Part shown: positions 1 through 10,356 of the stretch, in pieces
Numbering within the stretch: the stretch's first letter is position 1
How the letters are laid out: each line of letters opens with the position of its first letter
DNA from: Chloroflexota bacterium
Lineage (GTDB): Bacteria > Chloroflexota > Limnocylindria > Limnocylindrales > CSP1-4
Assembly: GCA_034435355.1 (NCBI GenBank)
Contig: DAOTXE010000024.1
Coordinates: 7,017-71,016 of the forward strand
DNA: 64,000 nt
Reading direction: 5' to 3'
Program-made: the position numbers and the translations under genes
The notes under the pieces: model-generated
What the model was told of the DNA's origin: nothing
The model's database searches: none
The model's input: the letters and a program-made list of their open reading frames with translations, nothing else

Positions 1-318
1 TGGTTCCGGGTCGTTGCCTGGGCGCAGCTGGCCGAGCGCACCGCCGAGAACCTGCGCAAGGGGATGAAGGTCTACGTCGAGGGCCGCCTCCAGACCCGGC
101 AGTGGGAGGACCAGCAGGGCCAGAAGCGGTACACGACCGAGCTCGTCGCCAACCAGGTCACGAACCTCGATCGCCGGCCGCGCGAGGAAGGCGCGGACGC
201 TGCCCCGCCGTTTCCCGGGGACTCTCGACCGGCAGGTGCCACCGTCTCGCCGATCCGTCGCTCCGAGCCGGCTGGCGTGGACGACTCCCCGTCCGACATC
301 GACGACCTCCCGTTCTGA
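1..318 (+). CDS. ssb: Single-stranded DNA-binding protein, C-terminal part (5' end upstream of window)
   Basis: Frame 1 is open from base 1 ([18 protein letters not shown]...). OB-fold end [26 protein letters not shown], Pro/Gly-rich linker and acidic tip SDIDDLPF are typical of bacterial SSB. Followed by rpsR as in rpsF-ssb-rpsR clusters. Confidence 0.9.
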   Translation, partial: WFRVVAWAQLAERTAENLRKGMKVYVEGRLQTRQWEDQQGQKRYTTELVANQVTNLDRRPREEGADAAPPFPGDSRPAGATVSPIRRSEPAGVDDSPSDIDDLPF

Positions 319-375
319 CGCACATTCCGGGCGCCCGCCGAGACGGTCCCGCCCGCGACCACAGGAGTTGAACTC

Positions 376-645
376 ATGCCCCCAGCAGCACGCAGCAAGA
401 AGCGCGACGACTACTACCGCGACCGGCGCCGCCGGAAGGTGTGCGCCTTCTGCGCCGACAAGACGGTGCAGATCGACTACAAGGAGGTCAGCCGCCTTCG
501 CCGCTACCTCTCGGAGCGGGCGAAGATCGAGCCGCGCCGCAAGACCGGCACGTGCGCAGCACACCAGCGCGAGCTGTCGGTCGCGCTCAAGCGGGCCAGG
601 CTCGTCGCGCTGCTCCCGTATGCGCCCCAGCACCTTCGCCCCTGA
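376..645 (+). CDS. rpsR: 30S ribosomal protein S18
   Basis: 89 aa; [60 protein letters not shown] matches the S18 signature; AGGAG-like SD upstream. Confidence 0.95.
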   Translation: MPPAARSKKRDDYYRDRRRRKVCAFCADKTVQIDYKEVSRLRRYLSERAKIEPRRKTGTCAAHQRELSVALKRARLVALLPYAPQHLRP

Positions 646-726
646 CCGGGTCGTAAGGTCGAACACGCAACCGGCCCCCGGCCGGCGGGCGTCGTGACGG
701 CGGCCCAGCGCGCGGCGGCCTAGGGG

Positions 727-1770
727 ATGGACCTGCTCGTCCTGCTCGTGGCGCTCGTCGTCATCCTCGCCGGGGCCGAGCTGTTCACGAACGGGATCGA
801 GTGGTTCGGCCGCTCGCTTGACCTCGCCGAGGGCGCCGTTGGATCGGTCCTTGCGGCGGTCGGCACCGCGCTCCCGGAGACGATGATCCCGCTGATCGCG
901 ATCGTCTTCGGCACCCGCCACGCCTCGACGGAGGTCGGCGTCGGGGCGGTGCTCGGGGCGCCGTTCATGCTCGCCACCCTGGCGATGTTCGTGACAGGGC
1001 TGGCGATCGTCGGCTTCCGCCGGCGCCGGCGCCAGGGCCTCGACCTCGCGGTCGACAGGCGGGTCCTGCTCCTCGACCTGCGCTGGTTCGGGCTGAGCTA
1101 CGGCCTCGCCATCGCAGCGGCGTTCCTGCCCTCCGGCACGGAGCTGGTCAAGGCCGGGGTGGCGGTCGCCCTGCTCGCGCTCTACGGCTGGTACGTGCGG
1201 GCTCACCTGGCGGGCGGACCGGGGCAGGATGCCGAGCTGGCGCCCCTCCGCCTCCGCCACCTCGATCGAGGGCGAGGCGGCCACCCGGTGCCGCGCCTGC
1301 GCGTGGTGGGCGTCCAGGTCGCGGTGGCGCTCCTGTGCATCGTGGGCGGCGCGGCGCTGTTCGTGGGATCGGTCCAGGATCTCGCGACATCGCTCGGGGT
1401 GAGCTCCGCGCTTCTCGCCCTCGTGGTCGCCCCGATCGCGACAGAGCTCCCGGAGAAGGCGAACAGCGTCATCTGGGTCCGGCAGGGCAAGGACACGCTG
1501 GCGCTCGGGAACATCACCGGGGCGATGGTCTTCCAGAGCGCGATCCCCACGTCGATCGCGCTGATCTTCGCCCCGGCCGCGTGGTCCATCCTCCCCGGCT
1601 CGGAGCTCAGCTTCCTGTCCGCGGCGATCGCCGCGGGCTCGCTGCTGGCGATCTTCGTCCCGTTGTGGCGCCGGGGCCGACTCACCGGTCGCGGCCTGCT
1701 GGCGGGAGGCCTCTTCTACGCTGCCTACGTGGGGCTCGTGGTCGGGAGCCTGGCCGGCTCGGCCGCCTGA
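727..1770 (+). CDS. Sodium/calcium exchanger (CaCA family) membrane protein
   Basis: 347 aa, about 10 hydrophobic helices in two halves. Alpha-repeat-like motifs GAVGSVLAAVGTALPE and VAPIATELPEKANSV fit YrbG/NCX-type antiporters. Confidence 0.75.
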   Translation: MDLLVLLVALVVILAGAELFTNGIEWFGRSLDLAEGAVGSVLAAVGTALPETMIPLIAIVFGTRHASTEVGVGAVLGAPFMLATLAMFVTGLAIVGFRRRRRQGLDLAVDRRVLLLDLRWFGLSYGLAIAAAFLPSGTELVKAGVAVALLALYGWYVRAHLAGGPGQDAELAPLRLRHLDRGRGGHPVPRLRVVGVQVAVALLCIVGGAALFVGSVQDLATSLGVSSALLALVVAPIATELPEKANSVIWVRQGKDTLALGNITGAMVFQSAIPTSIALIFAPAAWSILPGSELSFLSAAIAAGSLLAIFVPLWRRGRLTGRGLLAGGLFYAAYVGLVVGSLAGSAA

Positions 1771-1830
1771 CGGGGCCGCCCGGCGGCCCGAGCCGGGTGC
1801 CCGGCCGTGGGCCGGACGCACCACGGACGG

Positions 1831-1836
1831 TATACT
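1831..1836 (+). promoter_or_regulatory. Putative -10 element TATACT upstream of ilvE
   Basis: An AT-rich hexamer in a very GC-rich intergenic region, 60 nt upstream of the ilvE ATG. Member of the recurring TAnnCTC(C/G)G motif. No convincing -35. Confidence 0.4.
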
Positions 1837-1895
1837 CGCGGAGTCCGCCGGGCCCGTCGGGCCACCGCCGGACCCCGTTTCAGGAGCCCCGCCGG

Positions 1896-2876
1896 ATGCT
1901 TACCGAGAAGCCCGTCCCGGCGCCCGCCGATCGTGCTGCTGGCGCCCCCGCCGATCCTGCCACGCTCGTCTGCCTCTTCGAGGGACGGTACGTCCCCCTC
2001 GCCGAGGCGAACGTCAGCATCATGACCCACGCCTTCATGTACGGAACGGCCGTCTTCGAGGGGATCCGGGCCTACTGGAACGTGGACCAGGGCCGGCTCT
2101 ATGCGCTCAAGGTTCGCGCGCACATGGAGCGCATCCGCAACTCCTGCAAGATCCTGCTCATGGACGACATCCCGTCGGTGGACCAGCTCACGACCGAGGT
2201 CGTGGAGGTGCTCCGGCGCAACGCGTTCCGCGAGGATGCCTACATCAGGCCGTCGTTCTACAAGAGCACCCAGGCGATCGGGGTCAAGCTCCACGGCCTC
2301 GAGCATCGCTACTACATCCTGGCAGTCCCGTTCGGCGACTACGTCGACACGAACGTCGGCGTGAACGTGGGCACGGTTTCGTGGCGGCGCACATCGGACC
2401 CGGCGATCCCGTCGCGCGCGAAGATCGTGGGCTCGTACGTCAACCCGGCCTTCAGCAAGTCCGAGGCGATGCTCAACGGCTTCGACGAGGCGCTGGTCCT
2501 GTCCGACGACGGCCACGTCTCGGAGGGATCCGCCGAGAACATCTTCGTCATCCGCGATGGCGTCCTGGTGACGCCCCCGGTGTCCGACGACATCCTCGAG
2601 GGGATCACGCGAGCCGGGATCATGGAGATCTGCGTCGAGCTCGGCCTGCCCGTCGTGGAGCGATCCATCGACCGCTCCGAGATCTACATCGCCGACGAGG
2701 CGTTCTTCTGTGGCACCGGTGCCCAGATCAGCCCGATCATCTCGGTTGATCACCGGCGCGTGGGGTCGGGCCACGTGGGCCCGATTACCAGGCGCGTGAA
2801 GGACCGCTACTTCGAGATCGTGCGCGGCAACGTGCCTGCGTATCGCCACTGGGTGACGCCGATCGACCCCGCCTGA
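1896..2876 (+). CDS. ilvE: Branched-chain amino acid aminotransferase (PLP fold type IV)
   Basis: Internal ATG at 1896 of track ORF 1335..2876, preceded by CAGGAG. MTHAFMYGTAVFEGIRAYW, RAKIVGSYVN, EGSAENIFVIRDG..VTPP, LEGITR are class IV aminotransferase motifs. Confidence 0.9.
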   Translation: MLTEKPVPAPADRAAGAPADPATLVCLFEGRYVPLAEANVSIMTHAFMYGTAVFEGIRAYWNVDQGRLYALKVRAHMERIRNSCKILLMDDIPSVDQLTTEVVEVLRRNAFREDAYIRPSFYKSTQAIGVKLHGLEHRYYILAVPFGDYVDTNVGVNVGTVSWRRTSDPAIPSRAKIVGSYVNPAFSKSEAMLNGFDEALVLSDDGHVSEGSAENIFVIRDGVLVTPPVSDDILEGITRAGIMEICVELGLPVVERSIDRSEIYIADEAFFCGTGAQISPIISVDHRRVGSGHVGPITRRVKDRYFEIVRGNVPAYRHWVTPIDPA

Positions 2877-2903
2877 CGGCCCTCCGTGCAGCCCGCCGAC
2901 GCG

Positions 2904-4688
2904 TCAGGGAAGGGCGGGCGCCGCCAGGGTCGGCGTCTTGAGGCCGGTCGTCACGATGACGTCCGCGCGCACGGTCGGGTCCGTCACGGGCACGGCCTGG
3001 ACCCCGAACACGTTGGCCAGCAGGGCAAGGGTGAGCGGGAGCTTTGCCTGCGCACCGTTGTAGACCCGGATGATCGTGTTCGCGGGCACTGCGCCGGCCG
3101 GGGGCCGCTGGTTGGGCGCCGACGCCGCAACTCCGCGGAAGTCGAGATAGCCGGCGACGGCTTCGGCGCTCCCGGCCGCGCCGGTGCCGTTGAGGACCCA
3201 GACCTGGGCGCCTTCCTGGGCGATGGCCTGGCGCTGCGCCTCGACGGTCGGGTCGAAGTTGAACGCACCGGCAACGGCCGCCCGGATCCGGGCGACGTTC
3301 GGAGTCAGCTCGTAGATGCCCCCCGGGTATCCCTCGGTCCCGTAGTACGGCGGCGCGAAGACGAACGAGCGAACGTTCGCGATGTCGATCCGGCTGGCGA
3401 GGTCGATGAGCGCCGGGAGCTTGTCGATCGGGAAGTCGGTCTTGACCGCGCTCGACGTGCTCTGGACAAGGGCGGGCAGGCGCTGGATCAGGGTCGCGAA
3501 GTTGGCCTGCTGGCGCAGCGAGAGGAGCACCCGCTGCTGGCGCGCGGCCCGGTCGAAGTCCGATGAGCCGTGACGTGAGCGGGCGTAGATGAGGGCCTGG
3601 CTGCCGTTCATGCGCTGGACCCCCGTCTGGATGTAGACGCGGAGCGCCCCGTTGTCGCCCGGATAGTCGTCGTCGACCACGGGGACCTGGACGTTGATGG
3701 TGACCCCGCCCAGGGCGTCGACCACGGTCTTGAAGCCGCTGAAGTCGACCTCGACGTAGTAGTTGATCGGGATCCCGTAGAGGTAGCCGAGGGTGTCCTT
3801 GAGCGCCTCGTGTCCGCCGCCCGGGAACAGGTCGGGACGTGCCTGCGCCTGCAGGTAGAGCGAGTTGATCTTCGAGGCGTAGGTCGCCCCGAAGACCGTC
3901 CGGGCCGGGATCGGTGGGAGCGGCACGCCGACCGTGTCGCGCGGGAGGCTGAACAGGGCGACCTGTCTCGACGTGGGGTCGATGCTCGCCACGATGAGGG
4001 TATCGGTGTTCCAGGTTCCCTCGGCGGGCCGCTTGTCCGTGCCGATCAGCAGGATGTTGAGGCGCCCGGTCCCGTTCCACGGGACCAGGGATGGTGCGGC
4101 CACCGGTGCTCCCGATGCCGGCGGCGGCAGCGATGGCTGGGGGCTGGCGGCACCAGCGGAGGCGCTCGGCCCGGCCGAGCCGGCCGGCGACGCCGGCACG
4201 CCGCCCGTGTCGCTCGGGTTGAAGATGTTCTCGACCGCCGTCAGCGCCTGGAGGTCGTAGTAGGCGACCGCTGCGTGGGCCCCGCCCATCACGAGGAGGA
4301 CGGCGAGGAGCCCGGCGAGCGAGATCGGAGCAAGGGGCGCGCGCGCCGGGCCGAGCCCCCCGGAGCCGCTCTCGGCGACGCGGTTCAGGTAGCGGACGAC
4401 CCGATATGCATCGACTGCCGCGACGATCCGGTACAGGTACGCGACGACGTTGCCGACCAGGATCGCCACGAGCACCGGTGGCTGGAGCGCCACCCCGAGG
4501 ACCTCGATCCTGTAGCTGAGCACCGCTCCCGCGAGCAGGGCGAGCAGCAGGAAGGGTGCAGCCGCGAACCCGACTGCCCGGTACCACGCCCGCGCGTAGG
4601 CGTGCCCGAGCCCGGGGAACATCAGGCTCAGGAATGCCGCGCTGAAGGCCGAACGGGCTCGCGGGCGTGGTTCCTGCGGCTGCTGCAT
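2904..4688 (-). CDS. LytR-CpsA-Psr (LCP) family cell-envelope phosphotransferase with N-terminal membrane domain and LytR_C-like C-terminus
   Basis: LNILLIGTDKR....DTLIVASIDP..R.VALFSLPRDT and ARSRH.SSDFDRA.RQQ are LCP core motifs; several N-terminal TM helices. Start placed at MQQPQ (ATG 4688). The track ORF extends to 4820 but would overlap the ileS start. Confidence 0.85.
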   Translation of the reverse strand: MQQPQEPRPRARSAFSAAFLSLMFPGLGHAYARAWYRAVGFAAAPFLLLALLAGAVLSYRIEVLGVALQPPVLVAILVGNVVAYLYRIVAAVDAYRVVRYLNRVAESGSGGLGPARAPLAPISLAGLLAVLLVMGGAHAAVAYYDLQALTAVENIFNPSDTGGVPASPAGSAGPSASAGAASPQPSLPPPASGAPVAAPSLVPWNGTGRLNILLIGTDKRPAEGTWNTDTLIVASIDPTSRQVALFSLPRDTVGVPLPPIPARTVFGATYASKINSLYLQAQARPDLFPGGGHEALKDTLGYLYGIPINYYVEVDFSGFKTVVDALGGVTINVQVPVVDDDYPGDNGALRVYIQTGVQRMNGSQALIYARSRHGSSDFDRAARQQRVLLSLRQQANFATLIQRLPALVQSTSSAVKTDFPIDKLPALIDLASRIDIANVRSFVFAPPYYGTEGYPGGIYELTPNVARIRAAVAGAFNFDPTVEAQRQAIAQEGAQVWVLNGTGAAGSAEAVAGYLDFRGVAASAPNQRPPAGAVPANTIIRVYNGAQAKLPLTLALLANVFGVQAVPVTDPTVRADVIVTTGLKTPTLAAPALP

Positions 4689-4694
4689 CGAGGG

Positions 4695-4700
4695 TAGGAT
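4695..4700 (+). promoter_or_regulatory. Possible -10 element TAGGAT upstream of ileS
   Basis: The only AT-rich hexamer in the divergent LCP/ileS intergenic region, about 110 nt before the ileS ATG. Confidence 0.25.
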
Positions 4701-4810
4701 ACGGGGAACCTCCGTGGGGCGCGTCCGGGGCCCCGCACCGGCCCGACCGGGCCGGCTCGTGAAGCCCATGCACCCCAAGCCCGCCAGATCCACTCCGCAA
4801 CCGAGGCCCG

Positions 4811-7800
4811 ATGTTCGCACCCGTCTCCAGCAAGCCCGACCTGGTCGCCCAGGAGCACGAGATCCTCGCGCTCTGGCGTGACCGCCGGACGTTCGCCCGC
4901 CTCCGCGCCCAGAACGCAGGTGGGAGGCGCTGGAGCTTCCTCGACGGACCGATCACCGCCAACAACCCGATGGGCGTCCACCACGCCTGGGGTCGAACCT
5001 ACAAGGACCTCTTCCAGCGCTTCCACGCCATGCTCGGGGACGACCAGCGCTGGCAGAACGGCTTCGACTGCCAGGGTCTATGGGTCGAGGTCAACGTCGA
5101 GCGCGACCTCGGCTTCACCTCGAAGCGCGACATCGAGGAGCACGGGATCGCCGAGTTCGTGCGGCTGTGCAAGCAGCGGGTCCTCACGTTCGCCGCGCGC
5201 CAGACCGAGCAGTCGATCCGGCTCGGCTACTGGATGGACTGGAACGATCCGGACGAGCTCCGTCGCCTGCGCGACCTCCTGGGGGCCGATCCGGGCGCCG
5301 AGGCCACCCTCGCCGGTCCCGGCGGGCCCGTCACGGACGGGGTCGAGATGCTCGTCGGCAGGCTCGGGATGCCCGAGCTGGGCGGCTCGTACTTCACCTT
5401 CAGCAACGAGAACAACGACCTGATCTGGGGCTTCCTCGCCGAGTGCCACCGGCGAGGCTGGCTGTACAAGGGGCACGACACGATGCCCTGGTGCGCCCGC
5501 TGTGGGACCGGCATCAGCCAGCACGAGATGACCGAGGGCTACGCGGACCGCACCGACCCCGGCCTCACGGTCCGCTTCCCGCTGCTCGACCGACCCGGCG
5601 AAGCGCTCCTGGTCTGGACCACGACGCCCTGGACGCTCACCTCCAACGTGGCCGCGGCAGTTGGACCGGCGCTGCGCTACGTCAAGGTCCGCCAGGGTGA
5701 CGATGTCTTCTGGCTGGGCCGGGGCAACCTGCGCAAGGCGCTCGTCGGGCCGTTCGAGATCCTTGAGGAACGGGCCGGCTCCGAGCTTGCCGGCTGGCGG
5801 TATCGCGGCCCCTTCGACGAGCTGGCGGCGGTCCGGGCGGCATTCCAGCGCGGCGGCGCGGACGGCGCGCCGTTCATCCACGCCGTCGTCGCCTGGGACG
5901 AGGTCGGCGAGGACGAAGGGACGGGCATCGTCCACATCGCGCCGGGTTGCGGCGCCGAGGATTTCGCGCTGGGACTGGCGCTCGGACTTCCGATGCTGGC
6001 GCCGCTCGACGAGAGCGGGATCTTCATCGATGGGTTCGGCTTCCTCACCGGGCGCGACGTCCGCGACAGCGTCGAGCCCGTGGTCGAGCACCTCAAGCAC
6101 CACGGCCTGTTCTACCGGCTCGAGCCGATCGTGCACCGCTACCCGCACTGCTGGCGGTGTGGGACGCCCCTCGTCTTCCGGCTCGTCGACGAGTGGTTCA
6201 TCAGCATGGGACCGGTGTACGACATGCCGCGCGAGCAGCTGTCCAGGGAGCAGGTGGACGCCAGCCTCCGCTACCAGATCATGGAGGTCGTGGACGACAT
6301 CCGCTGGCTGCCGTCGTTCGGGTACGAGCGGGAGCTGGACTGGCTGCTCAACATGCACGACTGGATGATCAGCAAGAAGCGCTACTGGGGGCTGGCGCTC
6401 CCGATCTACGACTGCGCCGCCTGCGGGTCCTTCGACGTCGTCGGAAGCCGGGACCAGCTTCGCGAGCGCGCCGTGGAGGGCTGGGCCGAGCTCGACGGGC
6501 ATACGCCGCACCGGCCGTACGTCGACGCTGTCAGGATCGCCTGTGCGACCTGCGGGGAGCCCGTGTCGCGGATCGCCGATGTCGGGAACCCATGGCTCGA
6601 CGCCGGGATCGTGCCCTTCTCGACGCTCCACTACCGGGAGGACCCGGCTCACTGGAACGAGTGGTTCCCGGCCGATTTCGTCACCGAGAGCTTCCCCGGT
6701 CAGTTCCGGAACTGGTTCTACTCGATGCTCGCGATGAGCACGGTCCTCCGTCGCGAGGCTCCCTTCCGGTCGATCTTCGGCTACGCGACGCTCTTCGGCG
6801 AGGACGGTCGCCCGATGCACAAGAGCTGGGGCAACGCGATCGAGTTCGACGAGGCGGCGGAACGGATGGGCGTCGACGTCATGCGCTGGATGTACGCCAA
6901 GGCCCGGCCCGACGACAACATCCTGTTCGGCTGGCATGCCGCGGACGAAGCCCGCCGGGAGCTGCTGGTCCTGTGGAACGTCTACGCGTTCTTTGTCACC
7001 TACGCCCGACTCGCCGGCTGGTCACCGGGCCAGGGAGCAGCGACGGCCCCCGTCCCCTCGGGGGTCGTGGGGCGCCCGCCGCTCGACCGCTGGATCCTGT
7101 CGCGCCTTGCCGGCCTCGCCGCGCACGTCGAGGACCGGCTCGCGAGCTTCGACCCGGATGCCGCGGCCGGCGCGATCTCCGCGTTCATTGACGAGCTGTC
7201 CACGTGGTACCTGCGACGCAACCGGAAGCGTTTCTCGCGCGCGGATGATCCGGCCGACCGGGACGCCGCCTTCGCCACGCTGCACTCGACCCTCACCGGG
7301 CTGGCACGGGTGATGGCGCCGATCCTCCCGTTCCTGACGGAGGCGATGCACCAGAACCTGGTCGTGGCCGGCGGGCTGGAGGCGCCCGACAGCGTCCACC
7401 TGACGCGCTGGCCGACCGCCGAGCTCGCCGCCCTGCGCGACCCGGCGCTGGAGGCGGCGACGGCGCTGGCACAGCGGGCGGTGGAGCTGGCCCGAACCCT
7501 GCGCTCGCAGGCCGGCCTCAGGACGCGCCAGCCGCTGGCCCGGCTCTGGATCGCCATCCCCTTGGCCGGGCACCCGGACCTCGACGCCCTGCTCGGCGTG
7601 ATCGCGGACGAGGTCAACGTCAGGCAGGTCATCCGGATCGGTGATGAGTCCGAGCTCGTCGAGCGGCGGATCAAGCCGCTCCTGCCGAAGATCGGCCGGA
7701 AGCTCGGCGCCGCGATCCCGGCGGTGATGGCGGCAGCGCGGGCCGGCGCCTTCACCATCGGTCCCGACGGGAGCGTGGAGCTCGCCGGCGTGGTGCTTGC

Positions 7801-8194
7801 GCCCGATGAGGTCGAGATCATGGCCTCGCCCCGTCCGGGGACGGCGGTCGCCCACGACGACGGACTCGTGGTGGTCATCGACACGGAGCTCACCGACGCG
7901 CTCCGCGCCGAGGGCGACGCGCGGGAGATCCAGCGCGCGGTCCAGGATCTCCGCCGGGAGGCTGGCCTGGAGCTTGCCGACCGGATCGCACTGGTCGTGG
8001 AGCTTGGCCCCGCGGCGGGTCCCATCGGCCCCTACCTGGCAGCCGTCGCGACGGAGACTCTGGCGGACGACATCACGATCGGCGCCCCGCCGGCCGGCTG
8101 GCCCCAGGTGAGCGTGCGGCTCTCCGGCGGCGAGGTCCGCGTCGCGCTTCGCCGCACGGCACGCGGCGACGGAGCGGAGCCGGCAGATGCGTGA
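4811..8194 (+). CDS. ileS: Isoleucyl-tRNA synthetase (type 2, long form)
   Basis: 1127 aa. GP.TANN.MGVHHAWGR (HIGH-region variant of type-2 IleRS), GFDCQGLWVE, CP1 editing region, WFISM, PMHKSWGNAIEF (KMSKS variant), RWMY. Confidence 0.93.
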   Translation: MFAPVSSKPDLVAQEHEILALWRDRRTFARLRAQNAGGRRWSFLDGPITANNPMGVHHAWGRTYKDLFQRFHAMLGDDQRWQNGFDCQGLWVEVNVERDLGFTSKRDIEEHGIAEFVRLCKQRVLTFAARQTEQSIRLGYWMDWNDPDELRRLRDLLGADPGAEATLAGPGGPVTDGVEMLVGRLGMPELGGSYFTFSNENNDLIWGFLAECHRRGWLYKGHDTMPWCARCGTGISQHEMTEGYADRTDPGLTVRFPLLDRPGEALLVWTTTPWTLTSNVAAAVGPALRYVKVRQGDDVFWLGRGNLRKALVGPFEILEERAGSELAGWRYRGPFDELAAVRAAFQRGGADGAPFIHAVVAWDEVGEDEGTGIVHIAPGCGAEDFALGLALGLPMLAPLDESGIFIDGFGFLTGRDVRDSVEPVVEHLKHHGLFYRLEPIVHRYPHCWRCGTPLVFRLVDEWFISMGPVYDMPREQLSREQVDASLRYQIMEVVDDIRWLPSFGYERELDWLLNMHDWMISKKRYWGLALPIYDCAACGSFDVVGSRDQLRERAVEGWAELDGHTPHRPYVDAVRIACATCGEPVSRIADVGNPWLDAGIVPFSTLHYREDPAHWNEWFPADFVTESFPGQFRNWFYSMLAMSTVLRREAPFRSIFGYATLFGEDGRPMHKSWGNAIEFDEAAERMGVDVMRWMYAKARPDDNILFGWHAADEARRELLVLWNVYAFFVTYARLAGWSPGQGAATAPVPSGVVGRPPLDRWILSRLAGLAAHVEDRLASFDPDAAAGAISAFIDELSTWYLRRNRKRFSRADDPADRDAAFATLHSTLTGLARVMAPILPFLTEAMHQNLVVAGGLEAPDSVHLTRWPTAELAALRDPALEAATALAQRAVELARTLRSQAGLRTRQPLARLWIAIPLAGHPDLDALLGVIADEVNVRQVIRIGDESELVERRIKPLLPKIGRKLGAAIPAVMAAARAGAFTIGPDGSVELAGVVLAPDEVEIMASPRPGTAVAHDDGLVVVIDTELTDALRAEGDAREIQRAVQDLRREAGLELADRIALVVELGPAAGPIGPYLAAVATETLADDITIGAPPAGWPQVSVRLSGGEVRVALRRTARGDGAEPADA

Positions 8195-8732
8195 ACCGGG
8201 GGCCCCGACGGAGCCCGGCGCGATGCTGCCGCAGGCAGCTCCCCGCACGTCCCGCCACTGGGTGGCCTTCCTCATTCTTGCGGCGTCCATCGTCGTGGCC
8301 GACCAGCTGACCAAAGCGTGGGTGGTGGCCAACGTTCCGTACGGATCCTTGCGCACGGTGGTCGGCGACTACGTCCGCATCTGGCCGGTCCACAACACCG
8401 GCGCGCTCTTCGGGCTCTTCGGGAACCAGGCCGTGCTGTTCGCCGCGCTGAGCGTCGGCGTGGTCGCGGTCATCATCTGGTTCCACAGCCGTTCGCTCGT
8501 CACGAACGGCTGGTTCGCGACGCTCGCCCTCGGTCTCCTCCTGGGCGGCGCCGTCGGCAACCTGATCGATCGCCTGCGGCTCGGGTACGTCGTCGACTTC
8601 GTGGACATGGGTCTGGGCGACCTGCGCTTCTACACCTACAACCTGGCCGACGCGGCGATCAGCACCGCGCTCGTCCTGCTGATCCTGATGGCCGTCTGGC
8701 CCTCGCGTCGGCGGCCCTGGATCGCCGGATGA
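8187..8732 (+). CDS. lspA: Lipoprotein signal peptidase (signal peptidase II)
   Basis: ADQLTKAWV, VHNTGALFGLF, GGAVGNLIDRL..GYVVDF, YNLADAAIS motifs and 4 TM segments. Overlaps the ileS stop by 8 nt; an alternative ATG lies at 8223. Confidence 0.9.
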   Translation: MREPGAPTEPGAMLPQAAPRTSRHWVAFLILAASIVVADQLTKAWVVANVPYGSLRTVVGDYVRIWPVHNTGALFGLFGNQAVLFAALSVGVVAVIIWFHSRSLVTNGWFATLALGLLLGGAVGNLIDRLRLGYVVDFVDMGLGDLRFYTYNLADAAISTALVLLILMAVWPSRRRPWIAG

Positions 8733-9679
8733 CCGAGCTCCGCCTGGTCGTCCCGGAGGGCTCAGGCGGACGCGCGGATCGCGTCGCCTCGGACCTCTCG
8801 GGGCTCTCGCGGACCCGGATCCAGCGCCTCATCGCCGCCGGCCACCTGATGGTCGAGGGTGTCCCGCTCAAGGCCCGCTCGCTGGTCCGGGCGGGCGACG
8901 CGATGCTGCTCGACGTTCCGCCCGTCGCGCCGTCGGACGTGGAGGCCGAGGCGATCCCGCTCTCGGTCGCCTACGAGGATGCCGACGTGCTCGTGATCGA
9001 CAAGCCGGCCGGCCTCGTCGTGCACCCCTCGCCGGGCCACTGGAGCGGGACGATGGTGAACGCGCTGCTCGCCCGCGGCACGCACTACGGCGGCATCTCG
9101 GGCGTCGCCCGGCCGGGGATCGTGCACCGCCTGGACCGTGACACGTCCGGGCTGATCATGGTCGCCAAGACCGATGCCGCCCAGGCCGGGCTCATGGCCC
9201 AGTTGAAGGCGCGCCGGGTCAAGAAGACCTACCTCGCGCTCGTCGAGGGCAGCGTCGGCGCGGCGGCCGGCCGGATCGAGGCGCCGATCGGGCGCGATCC
9301 GCGCCAGCGAACGCGGATGGCCGTGGTGCCCGATGGCCGGCCATCGGTGACCGCGTACCGGGTTCGCGAGCGCTTCCAGCGCTGGACTCTGCTCGAGGTG
9401 GACCTGGTGACGGGCCGGACGCACCAGATCCGCGTGCACCTGGACGCCCTGGGACACGCTGTCGCGGGTGATCCGGTCTATGGCACCGGGACGTCGCGGC
9501 GCGGCCCGGAGGGCCTGGGGCGGCTCTTCCTCCACGCCTGGCGGATCGTCTTCACCTCCCCCTCGACCGGCGACCTCGTGAGGGTGGAGGCGCCCCTGCC
9601 GGACGCCCTCGAGTCGGTGATCCTGGGGCTGCGTGCGAGCGCCACCGGGGCGCCGGGTGGCGCGGGCCCCGACCGGTGA
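8729..9679 (+). CDS. rluD: 23S rRNA pseudouridine synthase, RluA/RluD family with S4 domain
   Basis: Internal ATG 8729 (ATGA overlap with lspA stop). S4-like RADRVASDLSGLSRTRIQRLI, catalytic HRLDRDTSGLIMVAK, GRTHQIRVH. Confidence 0.9.
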   Translation: MTELRLVVPEGSGGRADRVASDLSGLSRTRIQRLIAAGHLMVEGVPLKARSLVRAGDAMLLDVPPVAPSDVEAEAIPLSVAYEDADVLVIDKPAGLVVHPSPGHWSGTMVNALLARGTHYGGISGVARPGIVHRLDRDTSGLIMVAKTDAAQAGLMAQLKARRVKKTYLALVEGSVGAAAGRIEAPIGRDPRQRTRMAVVPDGRPSVTAYRVRERFQRWTLLEVDLVTGRTHQIRVHLDALGHAVAGDPVYGTGTSRRGPEGLGRLFLHAWRIVFTSPSTGDLVRVEAPLPDALESVILGLRASATGAPGGAGPDR

Positions 9680-10356
9680 CCGGCGGCATGAAGGAGCGGC
9701 CGCCGGCTCCTGCGCCTGCCGCGGACGACCCGCTGTCGGGTGCCCCGAGCGCGGGTGCGCCGGGTGCGCTGCTCGTGGTCGTGTCGGGGCCGTCCGGCGT
9801 GGGCAAGGACACGATCATCGCGGCCCTCCGCGCCCGGCCCCGCGATCCGGATTACCACTACGTCGTGACGTGCACGACGCGGGCCCCGCGGCCGGGCGAG
9901 GAGGATGGCCGGAGCTACCATTTCCTCTCGACGGAGCGTTTCCGCGTCCTCCGGGAGTCGGGTGCGTTCCTTGAGTGGGCAGAGGTCCACGGGAACCTCT
10001 ACGCCACGCCCAGGGCCGACGTGCGTCGCGGCTTGGCGACGGGCCACGACGTCATCCTGAAGATCGACGTCCAGGGCGCTGCGGCGGTCAAGTCCTCGGT
10101 TCCCGACGCGCTCCTCGTCTTCGTCGTGCCGCCGTCCCTGGAGGCTCTCTTCCGACGCCTCCGCGCGCGAGCCACGGAGTCGGCCGGAGAGCTGGAGATT
10201 CGCCAGCGCAACGCCGCCGTCGAGCTTGCTCGCCAGGGCGACTACGACGAGGTCGTGCTCAACGAGGACGGCCAGGTGGAGCGGACCGCAGAACGGATCG
10301 ACGACATCATCCGCGCCGAGCGGCTGAAGCACCCCGATCGCCGGGTGGTCGTCTAG
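9676..10356 (+). CDS. gmk: Guanylate kinase
   Basis: P-loop VVSGPSGVGKDT, TTR.PR.GE.DG..Y.F, LEWAEVHGNLYAT. GTGA overlap with rluD stop; alternative ATG at 9688. Confidence 0.92.
   Translation: MTGGMKERPPAPAPAADDPLSGAPSAGAPGALLVVVSGPSGVGKDTIIAALRARPRDPDYHYVVTCTTRAPRPGEEDGRSYHFLSTERFRVLRESGAFLEWAEVHGNLYATPRADVRRGLATGHDVILKIDVQGAAAVKSSVPDALLVFVVPPSLEALFRRLRARATESAGELEIRQRNAAVELARQGDYDEVVLNEDGQVERTAERIDDIIRAERLKHPDRRVVV

Noticed and set aside
671-685. Short hairpin CCGGCC-ccc-GGCCGG after rpsR as a terminator
   Set aside because: It has only a 6-bp stem, a 3-nt loop and no U-tract. Such GC palindromes occur by chance at this base composition.
4701-4810. Possible T-box riboswitch in the ileS leader
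   Set aside because: ileS is T-box-regulated in many Gram-positive bacteria, but I could not find the conserved T-box sequence (..GGGUGG.ACCGCG..) or a plausible specifier loop and antiterminator in these 110 nt. A covariance-model scan would be needed to settle this.
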